The notes under the pieces: generated by a model
The model's database searches: none
What the model was told of the DNA's origin: nothing
The model's input: only the letters and a program-made list of their open reading frames with translations
Made by a program: the position numbers and the translations under genes
From: a bacterium
Lineage (GTDB): Bacteria; SZUA-182; SZUA-191; JAJRXT01
Assembly (NCBI GenBank): GCA_024277675.1
Contig: JAJRUS010000007.1
Location: 4,254 to 68,253 of the forward strand
Direction: 5' to 3'
Length of the DNA: 64,000 nt
Part shown: one piece after another, positions 28,577 through 37,073 of the stretch
How the letters are laid out: each line of letters starts with the position of its first letter
How positions within the stretch are numbered: position 1 is the first letter of the stretch

Positions 28577-29707
28577 TTAACAACTATTAGCCGTGATAAT
28601 TTCCACCAGCAAGCGGGTGGTTTCCACCATATCCTGTAAATAGATTGATTCGGTGGTGGAATGGGCATGCTGCATGCCGGTGCCCATGATTATAGTCTCT
28701 ATTCCCTGGCTGTTAAAGATGTTGGCATCGCTGCCGCCGCCGCTGGCCGCCGGTTTTAATGTAAGCCCCAACTTTTTGCCTGCCAACTGCACTAACTTCA
28801 CTACCGGGCTGTCATCAGCTACCCTCATCCGGGGATATTCCTGGCGGATTTCTTCTGTTAGCCGGGGCAATCCATCCGCCGGGGGATATTCGGTTACTAC
28901 TTTTTTGAAGGCCTGGCGCATATGCTCAGTCTGCCGCTTTAATTTTTCCGGGTTATGGCTGCGGGCTTCCCCGTTTACTTCTACTAAATTTGGTATAATA
29001 TTGGTAGCCCTGCCCCCCGTAATAGTGCCCACGTTGGCGGTGGTTTCCGCATCTATGCGCCCCAAATGCATCCCGGATATGGCTTTGCTTGCCAGCCAAA
29101 TGGCATTAATTCCCTGCTCCGGGTTTACCCCGGCGTGGGCCTCCCGTCCGTGTAGTTTGAACCTTAAGCGATTGGCCGCCGGGGCGCGGGTGATGATGGC
29201 GCACCGATCCAGATTGTCGTAGGACAAACAATACTTGTAGCAAAATTTCGAATAATCCAAATGCTTGGCGCCCAACAGCCCGATTTCCTCAGCTACCGTA
29301 AACACTATTCCCAGATTACCGCAGGCCGGCGCCTGTTCCTTTATAACTTGCAGCGCCTCCAGGATAACTGCAATTCCCGATTTATCATCCGCCCCCAGGA
29401 TGGTTTCACCGGAGGTATAAAACCTGCCGGCTTTAAACAAGGGCTTAATATTACTGCCGGGGCCGACCGTATCCAGATGGGCATTCAGCATAAGCGGCAG
29501 CCGGCTTTCTCCTGCACCATTATAATGGGCAATTATATTACCACACTCACCATTAATTTGACTGCCGGCGTTATCGGTAGTTACCCTAAGCCCCAGTTTT
29601 TTAAGCTTATTTACTATATATGCCGCCAGCCGTCCTTCCTGTTTAGACAGGCTGTCAATGCTAACCAGTTTCATAAATTCTTCCCGCAAACGAGCTTGAT
29701 TTATCAT
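28577..29707 (-). CDS. M20-family metallopeptidase (PepT-like)
   Basis: Metal-ligand regions HLDTV and GADDKSGIA and EEIG are present in 376 aa. Confidence 0.8.
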   Translation of the reverse strand: MINQARLREEFMKLVSIDSLSKQEGRLAAYIVNKLKKLGLRVTTDNAGSQINGECGNIIAHYNGAGESRLPLMLNAHLDTVGPGSNIKPLFKAGRFYTSGETILGADDKSGIAVILEALQVIKEQAPACGNLGIVFTVAEEIGLLGAKHLDYSKFCYKYCLSYDNLDRCAIITRAPAANRLRFKLHGREAHAGVNPEQGINAIWLASKAISGMHLGRIDAETTANVGTITGGRATNIIPNLVEVNGEARSHNPEKLKRQTEHMRQAFKKVVTEYPPADGLPRLTEEIRQEYPRMRVADDSPVVKLVQLAGKKLGLTLKPAASGGGSDANIFNSQGIETIIMGTGMQHAHSTTESIYLQDMVETTRLLVEIITANSC

Positions 29708-30145
29708 GTGTATTGACCAATAATCCTGAAAACTTTGAATACATACCGCCTCACAGTTAATAAAACCCGACCTGTCGGGTAGGCTTGTTGGGTATTTTAG
29801 GTGGGTTTGGGGAAATAGTCAAGCCTGGGTTGATATGTTGCGGCAGAGGGTTAAGGTTTAAGCGCAGTTTGTGTAAAAAATACAAAAAGATATACAAACA
29901 ACCTGACCGGTCTTGGGGCCAATAAAAATTAAGCGGATTATGGCTAGCTGTCCTTAACTCATGTTATCAATATGTCAACTTATGACATGGGCATGCCAGA
30001 ATATATTTGACAAGGTTTATTTTATGCGGTATAAATTAATTTATTGGTCAGCCTGTTGACTCATTTATTGGTATCTTGTATTATAAGCGAGAGATTGCTA
30101 CAATGAAAGTACAAATCTTTCTCCTTATACGGAGCCAGAAAAAAA

Positions 30146-30877
30146 ATGAAATCAAAATGCCTGCTTTGCCTATGTTTAATCTCTATTATGGGCGGTCAGA
30201 CAGCCAAGCTACAGGCTGCCAATCAAATAGTTGGGGCTGTCGGCCCCAGGCTTAAAATTGTTGATTTGATTGATTTCGGCGAGGTAAAACAGGGTGAAAC
30301 GGTAGAGCGTTTGGTAAAATTCAGCAATGCCGGTTCAGCAGAATTAAAAATTGAAAAAGTGGAGCCTTCTTGTGGTTGTACGGCGGTGATGTTGAGTTCA
30401 AAGGCATTGGCGCCGGGCGAAACCGGGAAGCTTAAGATTTCTATAGACACCTTTGCTAAAAAAGGTAAGCTTACCAAGACCATGACCATTTTTTCCAATG
30501 ATTACTTAATGCCCGAAAAAACCATTAAGCTGGTAACCCAGGTTAAGGCTCCCCCCCATCCCCAATTTGACGCGGGGGGAACCCTTTTTTCAGCTCAATG
30601 CCGTAGTTGTCATGCAGATCAGGGAAAAGGGTTAATCGGCACCTCGCTTTATCTGGCCATTTGTTATCAATGCCACGGGATTGAGGGAGAAGGTGTCAGC
30701 GCAAAAGCGCTCAGTGATTCTGATTATTTAAAAAAAGTTGATGAGAAATATTTATATAAATGGATTGCCCAGGGAAAGCGCGGTACGGCGATGCCCGGAT
30801 ATAGCCAGCAAAATGGGGGGCCGCTTACTGAACGGCAAATAAAATCTTTGGTGGAATTCATACTTGAATGGAGATAA
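30146..30877 (+). CDS. Secreted DUF1573 domain fused to a c-type cytochrome (two CxxCH motifs)
   Basis: A signal peptide is present. The DUF1573 core is FGEVKQGETVERLVKFSNAGSAELKIEKVEPSCGCT. Haem-binding motifs CRSCH and CYQCH are present, and a Met ligand region is GTAMPGY. Confidence 0.65.
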   Translation: MKSKCLLCLCLISIMGGQTAKLQAANQIVGAVGPRLKIVDLIDFGEVKQGETVERLVKFSNAGSAELKIEKVEPSCGCTAVMLSSKALAPGETGKLKISIDTFAKKGKLTKTMTIFSNDYLMPEKTIKLVTQVKAPPHPQFDAGGTLFSAQCRSCHADQGKGLIGTSLYLAICYQCHGIEGEGVSAKALSDSDYLKKVDEKYLYKWIAQGKRGTAMPGYSQQNGGPLTERQIKSLVEFILEWR

Positions 30878-30979
30878 ATCGATTGTAATTAACCTTTATT
30901 CTAAATACGATGATATTATTCCATGGCTTAGGTTCCTGAAGCAGAAAACGCCGGTGGATGAACCGTAGGTGATACTACT

Positions 30980-32026
30980 ATGCCCTATAAGATACTGGAC
31001 AAGCAAAACTATCAAGTCTTTGTAGCAAACCTGGCGGCAGCGGAGCCGGTAATCGCACCGGTACCCAAAGAAAGCCGATTTGCCTTATCCCGTATAACAA
31101 ATCCGGCACAACTGGCCGATCCTGAAGCATATATACCCACCCTCTTACCCCACAAAAAACACCTTTTTCCCGCCAAAGAAAACTTGCTTAAATTTAAATT
31201 AGAAGACCAACCCCGGCTGACTCCGCAAATGGAAGCCCCTCAGCAGGTGTTTCTGGAGGTAAGACCCTGCGATATAAACGGTATCCGTCAATTGGATATG
31301 TTTTTTCTGGATGATATTTCAGATGAGCATTATGCCCGGCGCCGGCAGGCGACAAGTATCATTGGCCTGGATTGTAACGAACATTGTGATGGACACTGTT
31401 TTTGTGAGAGTGTGGGGGGCTTGCTGGTTGATAAGGGCTACGATTTATTTTTCAGCGATCAGGGCAAATATTACATGGTGAGTATCGGAACCCAAAAGGG
31501 GGCGCTGCTGCTTGATAAGTATGCCACCCCCCAGGAAGCCTCCGAGGAATTAATCACCGCTTATAAACAGCTACAAACCCAGAAACTATCCCGATTCCCC
31601 ATACGTTTTAAGGGGGATTTATACAGTGTTCCGCTGCTTTTAACCGGCAGTTATGACAGCCCGCTATGGGCTGAATTGGAGAAGATCGACCTGGCCTGCG
31701 GGGCCTGCAATGTAACCTGCCCCACTTGCAGTTGTTTTGATGTGCTGGATAAGCTGGAACTGGATTTGGTCAGCGGTAGCCGCCGCCGTAACTGGGATGG
31801 CTGTATGCTTCAAGGTTTTGCCGAAGTTGCCGGTGGGGGGAACTTTCGCCCTGAACGGGCACAGCGGGTACGTCACCGCATATACCGCAAGTTCAAATAT
31901 CAGATGCAGAAATATGGGGAACCCTTCTGCGTGGGCTGCGGACGTTGCATCCGCTCCTGTCTGGTGGGCATAAACCCTTATGAAATATTAAACCGTTTGT
32001 TTGAAGAGGCGGGAAAAGGCGCATGA
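30980..32026 (+). CDS. Group-3 NiFe hydrogenase beta subunit (Fe-S, sulfhydrogenase HydB/AsrA-like)
   Basis: Cys clusters CxxCxxCxxxC are present (CGACNVTCPTCSC, CVGCGRCIRSC). It precedes the gamma, delta and alpha genes. Confidence 0.7.
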   Translation: MPYKILDKQNYQVFVANLAAAEPVIAPVPKESRFALSRITNPAQLADPEAYIPTLLPHKKHLFPAKENLLKFKLEDQPRLTPQMEAPQQVFLEVRPCDINGIRQLDMFFLDDISDEHYARRRQATSIIGLDCNEHCDGHCFCESVGGLLVDKGYDLFFSDQGKYYMVSIGTQKGALLLDKYATPQEASEELITAYKQLQTQKLSRFPIRFKGDLYSVPLLLTGSYDSPLWAELEKIDLACGACNVTCPTCSCFDVLDKLELDLVSGSRRRNWDGCMLQGFAEVAGGGNFRPERAQRVRHRIYRKFKYQMQKYGEPFCVGCGRCIRSCLVGINPYEILNRLFEEAGKGA

Positions 32027-32865
32027 GACCGGAACAACTACATCCGCAAAGTATATATACACCCAAGCCGGCGTGCATAGTTAAGACTCAAGCGCTTACC
32101 GCCAACGAGCGCTTGTTTCGGCTGCAATTTGTAGACGGCAGTCCCCTGGGGCATCAGCCGGGCCAGTTTGTGGAGGTATCGGTGCTTGGCGTGGGGGAGG
32201 CCCCGCTCACCATTACCTCATCCCCCCGGCAGCCGGACTATTTTGAACTGTGTGTGCGCCGGGTAGGTAATGTTACCAACGCCTTACATGAGTTGAGCGA
32301 GGGGGCGGTGCTGGGAATTCGGGGGCCGCTGGGCCGGGGTTTTCCGCTGGCTGAATTTCAGCGGCAAAACTTGTTGATTATAGCCGGTGGCATCGGGATT
32401 ATTCCCTTGCGGCCGGTGATTGAGCATGTTTTGTCGGAGCGGGATAAGTTTAAGGACATAACTATTCTGTATGGGGTGAAACACCCCGATGAGCGGCTCT
32501 TCCGGGATGACATAGCTTGCTGGGAGGGGCGGGAGGATGTGGATTTCCGGCTTACGGTGGATCGCCCGATGGAGGGCTGGGCCGGGCATGTGGGGGTGGT
32601 GACCACCTTTTTTCCCAAACTTAACATTGATCCGCTAAATACCGTTGCCATAATCGTCGGCCCGCCTATAATGTATAAGTTTGTTTTGCTGGGACTTTCG
32701 CATAAGGGCTTTGCCGATCAGAAGGTTTTTATGTCCTTTGAACGCCGGATGAAATGCGGGGTGGGTAAATGCGGGCATTGCCAGATAAACGGGGTGCTCA
32801 CCTGCCGGCAGGGTCCGACCTTCTCTTATGCTGAGATCAAGGACTTGCGGGAAGCGATTGGGTAA
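32023..32865 (+). CDS. Hydrogenase gamma subunit (FAD/NAD(P)-binding, PyrK/HydG-like, 2Fe-2S)
   Basis: A ferredoxin-NADP-reductase-like fold is present. The C-terminus carries the 2Fe-2S motif CGVGKCGHCQ. Its start overlaps the beta-subunit stop (ATGA). Confidence 0.75.
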   Translation: MRPEQLHPQSIYTPKPACIVKTQALTANERLFRLQFVDGSPLGHQPGQFVEVSVLGVGEAPLTITSSPRQPDYFELCVRRVGNVTNALHELSEGAVLGIRGPLGRGFPLAEFQRQNLLIIAGGIGIIPLRPVIEHVLSERDKFKDITILYGVKHPDERLFRDDIACWEGREDVDFRLTVDRPMEGWAGHVGVVTTFFPKLNIDPLNTVAIIVGPPIMYKFVLLGLSHKGFADQKVFMSFERRMKCGVGKCGHCQINGVLTCRQGPTFSYAEIKDLREAIG

Positions 32866-32880
32866 ATTCGATAAGATTAA

Positions 32881-33726
32881 ATGAAAAACAAAAAAAACAA
32901 ATCACAAATACGAAATAGTTCTCCAGAAATTTTCAAACAAAGCAAGGAGCTAATAAAGTCTGCAAATAAAACGGTTAAAAATAGCAGGCTTAATAAAAAC
33001 AATGACATAGTTGTCAGTGCTGATTCTCGGCTGGAATTCTGTACCGCTATTTTATATTGTAAAGGGATTAAGATTTTTAAACATATTTACTCCCTTTGCT
33101 TAGAAGGTGCTGGTGATTGTGCGGCCATATTAGCTAGGACTCTTTTTGAAACTTTGGTGAACTTGCTTCTGATAATCAGAGGTGACCGTTTAGCCGAGGA
33201 TTTTATTGATTTTTATTTCATAGAAGCATTTGATTGTTTTAAAGATATCAAAAAACACTTTGAGGATTTAGAACTATCGGAAGATGAAGAAGATTTTATG
33301 ATGTGGGGATATAATAAAGTGGTAGCCAGATTTAAAAATAAAAGCGGGAGGACAAAAAAAGACTGGTATAAAAAAGAAAGCACGGCTGATAAAGCTAGTG
33401 ATGTTGGTTTGTCAAGGCATTATGATTTAGGATACAGGAGATATTCAGCGATTGCGCATTCTTCGCCTGAAGCTATGTTTGACCATATAAGAGCAAACCA
33501 TAATGAGAGTGAAGTTCGTCTTTCTTATCAGCCTTCAGAGCAGTATATAAAAGAGATTTTACCGGAAAGCAGTAAATACTTCATCTTGATATTGTATGTT
33601 TTTGTTAAGATTTTTAAACTTAATGTGACAGAGGAACTAAAAGCTGATATGAAAATACTCAAAGATAATGAAGATTATCAAGAATGTTTTAAAAAGAATG
33701 AAATTCTTGCTGAGAACTTTTTATAA
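32881..33726 (+). CDS. Hypothetical protein of 281 aa, AT-rich, inserted between hydrogenase gamma and delta genes
   Basis: The ORF is about 32% GC against about 50% background. Its N-terminus is Lys/Asn-rich. No recognisable domain was found. It sits where gamma and delta are normally adjacent. Confidence 0.5.
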   Translation: MKNKKNKSQIRNSSPEIFKQSKELIKSANKTVKNSRLNKNNDIVVSADSRLEFCTAILYCKGIKIFKHIYSLCLEGAGDCAAILARTLFETLVNLLLIIRGDRLAEDFIDFYFIEAFDCFKDIKKHFEDLELSEDEEDFMMWGYNKVVARFKNKSGRTKKDWYKKESTADKASDVGLSRHYDLGYRRYSAIAHSSPEAMFDHIRANHNESEVRLSYQPSEQYIKEILPESSKYFILILYVFVKIFKLNVTEELKADMKILKDNEDYQECFKKNEILAENFL

Positions 33727-33739
33727 AATGATTTTTTCT

Positions 33740-34169
33740 TTACTTTCTTTGCGTGCCCAAAGAAAGTAACAAAGAAACGGCACCCTGTGCGCCTTTGACC
33801 CTGACGGGTCGCTGCGGGGACTTGAATTTTTCGCTCCCCAAAAGCTATCGCTTTTGGGGCCCCGCCGAGCGGTCCGCAAACTTGCTCGCTTATACTCGCT
33901 TCAGACATGCGAACCTACGGCCCAAAAATTCTGCGCCTCCTCGCTCAAAGCCGCAATGGGGTCATACTTGGAATTTAGCGTAAGCTAAATTCCAATAAGG
34001 TGCGCATTGGAGGTTTTAAGGAGTAAGCCAGGGATTTTTGCGTTAAGAAATTTTAATGTCTGAAGGCGAAGCCTGAGTTTTAAAATTTTAGCGAAAAACC
34101 GCAGCAGACGACTATAAAACCGACACAGCGCAGTTCTTTTGCATACTTTTCTTATTAAAGAAAAGTATG
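33740..34169. repeat. Hairpin-rich noncoding segment bounded by two related palindromes (MITE-like element or structured RNA)
   Basis: The left palindrome is TTACTTTCTTTG-cgtgcc-CAAAGAAAGTAA (33740-33769). The right palindrome is GCATACTTTTCTT-atta-AAGAAAAGTATG (34141-34169). Internal perfect hairpins are CCCCAAAAGC-tatc-GCTTTTGGGG (33836-33859) and GGAATTTAGC-GTAA-GCTAAATTCC (33970-33993, a GNRA-type loop). Confidence 0.4.
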
Positions 34170-34244
34170 TCGGGGGTTAGGGGGCGAAGCGCCCCTATAA
34201 GTAATAGGGGGTCTTCCTTAATAATAAGGTTGGATAAAACACAA

Positions 34245-34976
34245 ATGAAACCAAAGGTTGCTTTTTTTGATTTTACCGGCTGTGAGGGCTGTCAGCTACA
34301 GGTGATTAGCCTGGGGGATGAGCTGTTGCAGGTGCTGGGGCTGATTGAGGTGGTCAATTTCAGAGAAGCCATCAGCGATAAGCGGGATGATTATGAGCTT
34401 GCCATTATCGACGGGGCAATATCTACCGAGGAAGATATAAAGCGTATTAAGGCCATTCGCAAGCAGGCTAAGGTTTTGATTACCATCGGAGCCTGTTCGT
34501 CTTTGGGTGGGGTTAATTGTATCAGGAATTTTCACCCCAAGGAATTTCTACTAAAGGCGGTATATGGAGAACAGGCGCAGCATTTCGATACCATTCCCGC
34601 CCGCCCGATCTGGGCTGAGGTGCCGGTGGAATATCAGGTGCGGGGCTGTCCGATTAACCAGGGGGAGTTTTTAAAGGTTATTACCGCGGTACTTACCGGC
34701 CGGCAACCGGTCATTCCCAATTACCCGGTATGCATGGAATGCCGCAGTAAAGAGAATGTTTGTTTGTTTGATAAAGGCATGACCTGCCTGGGGCCGGTAA
34801 CCAGGGCCGGCTGCGGGGCGATATGCCCATCTTATGGTAACTTCTGCTGGGGCTGCCGCGGTTTGGTGGATGATCCCAATGAAACGTCCGAGAAAGAGTT
34901 GCTCAAAAAACACGGGCTTACCCCGGAACAGGTTATAAAGGCCTTCCGCTTTGGCTGCGGTTTTTTAGAGGGATAG
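34245..34976 (+). CDS. NiFe hydrogenase small (delta) subunit
   Basis: The N-terminus MKPKVAFFDFTGCEGCQ carries the proximal-cluster Cys. It is NuoB/MvhG-like. The frame also opens at 34167, inside the hairpin. Confidence 0.8.
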   Translation: MKPKVAFFDFTGCEGCQLQVISLGDELLQVLGLIEVVNFREAISDKRDDYELAIIDGAISTEEDIKRIKAIRKQAKVLITIGACSSLGGVNCIRNFHPKEFLLKAVYGEQAQHFDTIPARPIWAEVPVEYQVRGCPINQGEFLKVITAVLTGRQPVIPNYPVCMECRSKENVCLFDKGMTCLGPVTRAGCGAICPSYGNFCWGCRGLVDDPNETSEKELLKKHGLTPEQVIKAFRFGCGFLEG

Positions 34977-35107
34977 CGAAATGTATAACCGGTTTAGCAG
35001 AAACGGGAGCCTCCGCTGTTGGCCCAAAGGGCCAACAGGAAGCGGGGTCAGCAAGCGGGACTTTGTCATAGTTAGTCCAGGCCCTGCCTGGTTGGAGACA
35101 ATAAAAG

Positions 35108-36394
35108 ATGCATGATTTATCTATAGAATCTGAATTTGTAACCCGGGTGGAGGGTCACGGCCATATAAAAATAAAGGTGGCTGATGGAGAAATAAAAGAT
35201 CTCAGGTTTGAGGTGCCCTAAGCGCCCCGTTTTTTTGAGGTTATGTTATGTGGGCGAAATCATCAGGAGGCGTCATTGATTTCTTCGCGCATCTGCGGTA
35301 TCTGTGCAGTAGCGCATAGTAGCGCTTCACTGCGGGCCACCGAGGCGGCGCTTGGCATAACCCCTTCCGAGCAAACCGTACTGTTGCGCAAGTTAAATTT
35401 AGACGGGGAGATGTTGCAGAGCCATATTTTGCACATCTATTTTTTGGCGGCGCCCGATTTTCTGGGGGTGGGTAGTGTAATCCCCCTGGCCGAGACTCAC
35501 CCGGAGGTGGTAAAGCGGGCTATCCGGATGCGTAAACTGGCTAACGACTTATGCTGTACCATCGGCGGCCGGCATGTACATCCGATTTCCGCGGTTCCCA
35601 ATGGATTTACCAAGCTGCCGGCTATCGAGGATTTATTGGTTTATAAGGATAAGCTGGAACAATCCTTTGAGGATTTAAATGCCAGTGTAGAATTATTAAA
35701 AGGGGTTAAGCTGACGGTGTTTGAGCATCCTACCGAATACATTTGTCTGACCCATCATGATGAATATGCGGTATATTCCGGCGACATATTATCTTCGGTG
35801 GATGGTATAACGCCGCTACCGGAGTATAAACGCAAAATAAATGAGCAGGTAATTTCCTACTCAACCGCCAAGCATGCTCATACAGGTCAGGGCTCATTTA
35901 TGGTGGGGGCGCTGGCGCGTTTTAATAATAATTATGATAAACTGAAACCCCAGGCCAAACAGGTGGCTGAAAGCCTGGGATTATCGCATCCCTGTCACAA
36001 TCCCTTTGCCATTACGGTAGCCCAGTTGGTGGAAACGGTGCATTTTACCGTAGCAGCCATCGAGCGTATCGGGAAATTGGCCGAACAGGGTATTCGGGAA
36101 GAAGATCGCAGCTATAAGATAAAAGCAGGACAGGGAGTGGGAGCAGTGGAGGCCCCGCGGGGCACCCTGTATCATGATTATAGTTATAATAAGGCGGGTG
36201 AGATTACCGCAGCCAATTGCATCATTCCCACCGCCCAGAACCTGGCCAATATAGAGTTTGATATGCGGGCTATACTGCCTGAAATATGGGATAAGCCGCG
36301 GGAGGAGATTACCCTGACGCTGGAAATGTTGGTGCGGGCCTATGATCCCTGTATCTCATGCTCCACCCATATGCTGGAAGTGGAGTTTGAATAA
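35108..36394 (+). pseudogene. NiFe hydrogenase large (alpha) subunit interrupted by an in-frame TAA at 35219-35221
   Basis: The 5' segment MHDLSIESEFVTRVEGHGHIKIKVADGEIKDLRFEVP ends in TAA, then APRFFEVMLCGR...SRICGICAVAHS follows in the same frame. The Ni-binding motifs RxCGxC and C-terminal DPCISCSTH are intact. Confidence 0.8.
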
Positions 36395-36436
36395 TAGCAG
36401 CATAAGGTATATACTTGGATTTAAGGAGTAATTGAC

Positions 36437-36838
36437 ATGGCGCAAGCAGCTTATATTTTAATCGTAGAGGATGATGCCGATATATTGGAGGCCATGAGGA
36501 TCATTCTGGAAGATGGCGGCTATGAGGTTGCGTGGGCCATGGATAGTGGTGAGGCCCGGCAACTGATGAAGCGGCGGCGGCCTGATCTTATGATCCTGGA
36601 TGTAATGATGAGGTCCCCGGATGAGGGGTTCCAGTTTGCCTACCAGTTAAAAAATGATCCTCAATATGAAAATATTCCCATTCTGATTGTTACCTCAATT
36701 GCCCAGAAAACCGGTTTTAGTTTCTCCCCGGAAACTGACGGTGATTTCTTACCAGTAGAAGGCTTTATTGAAAAACCCGTTAATCCCCAACAATTATTAA
36801 ACAATATCAAACAATTATTGTCGAAAGCAAACAATTAA
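36437..36838 (+). CDS. Single-domain response regulator (CheY-like receiver)
   Basis: ILIVEDDADILEAM...PDLMILDVMM carries the conserved Asp residues. The protein is 133 aa. Confidence 0.8.
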   Translation: MAQAAYILIVEDDADILEAMRIILEDGGYEVAWAMDSGEARQLMKRRRPDLMILDVMMRSPDEGFQFAYQLKNDPQYENIPILIVTSIAQKTGFSFSPETDGDFLPVEGFIEKPVNPQQLLNNIKQLLSKANN

Positions 36839-37073
36839 CCACTTGATTACTGGGGATGCGGCAGCCGGTACCTGGGGTTTGGTTTGTGCAGATATAGTAG
36901 AATTATATAATCGAATTTACCGAAACCTGAGTCCCCCGCTCTTGACCGTCGGGTCAACAGGGGGCGTATCAGCGGTAATGGTCAGTTATAATTAATCCGG
37001 CCCGTGACTGGTTTGTGTTTAGCCGGTATAAATTACAGTAACATAACCCCGTTACTATTTTGCTATAAAGCAT

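Noticed and set aside
29708-30145. Small ORF in the divergent intergenic region between the M20 peptidase and the DUF1573-cytochrome gene
   Set aside because: It is short and low-complexity with no RBS. The region is more plausibly a divergent promoter.
36350-36394. [NiFeSe]-type selenocysteine in the hydrogenase large-subunit C-terminal motif
   Set aside because: The motif is DPCISCSTH with Cys codons and there is no in-frame TGA, so this is an ordinary NiFe enzyme.
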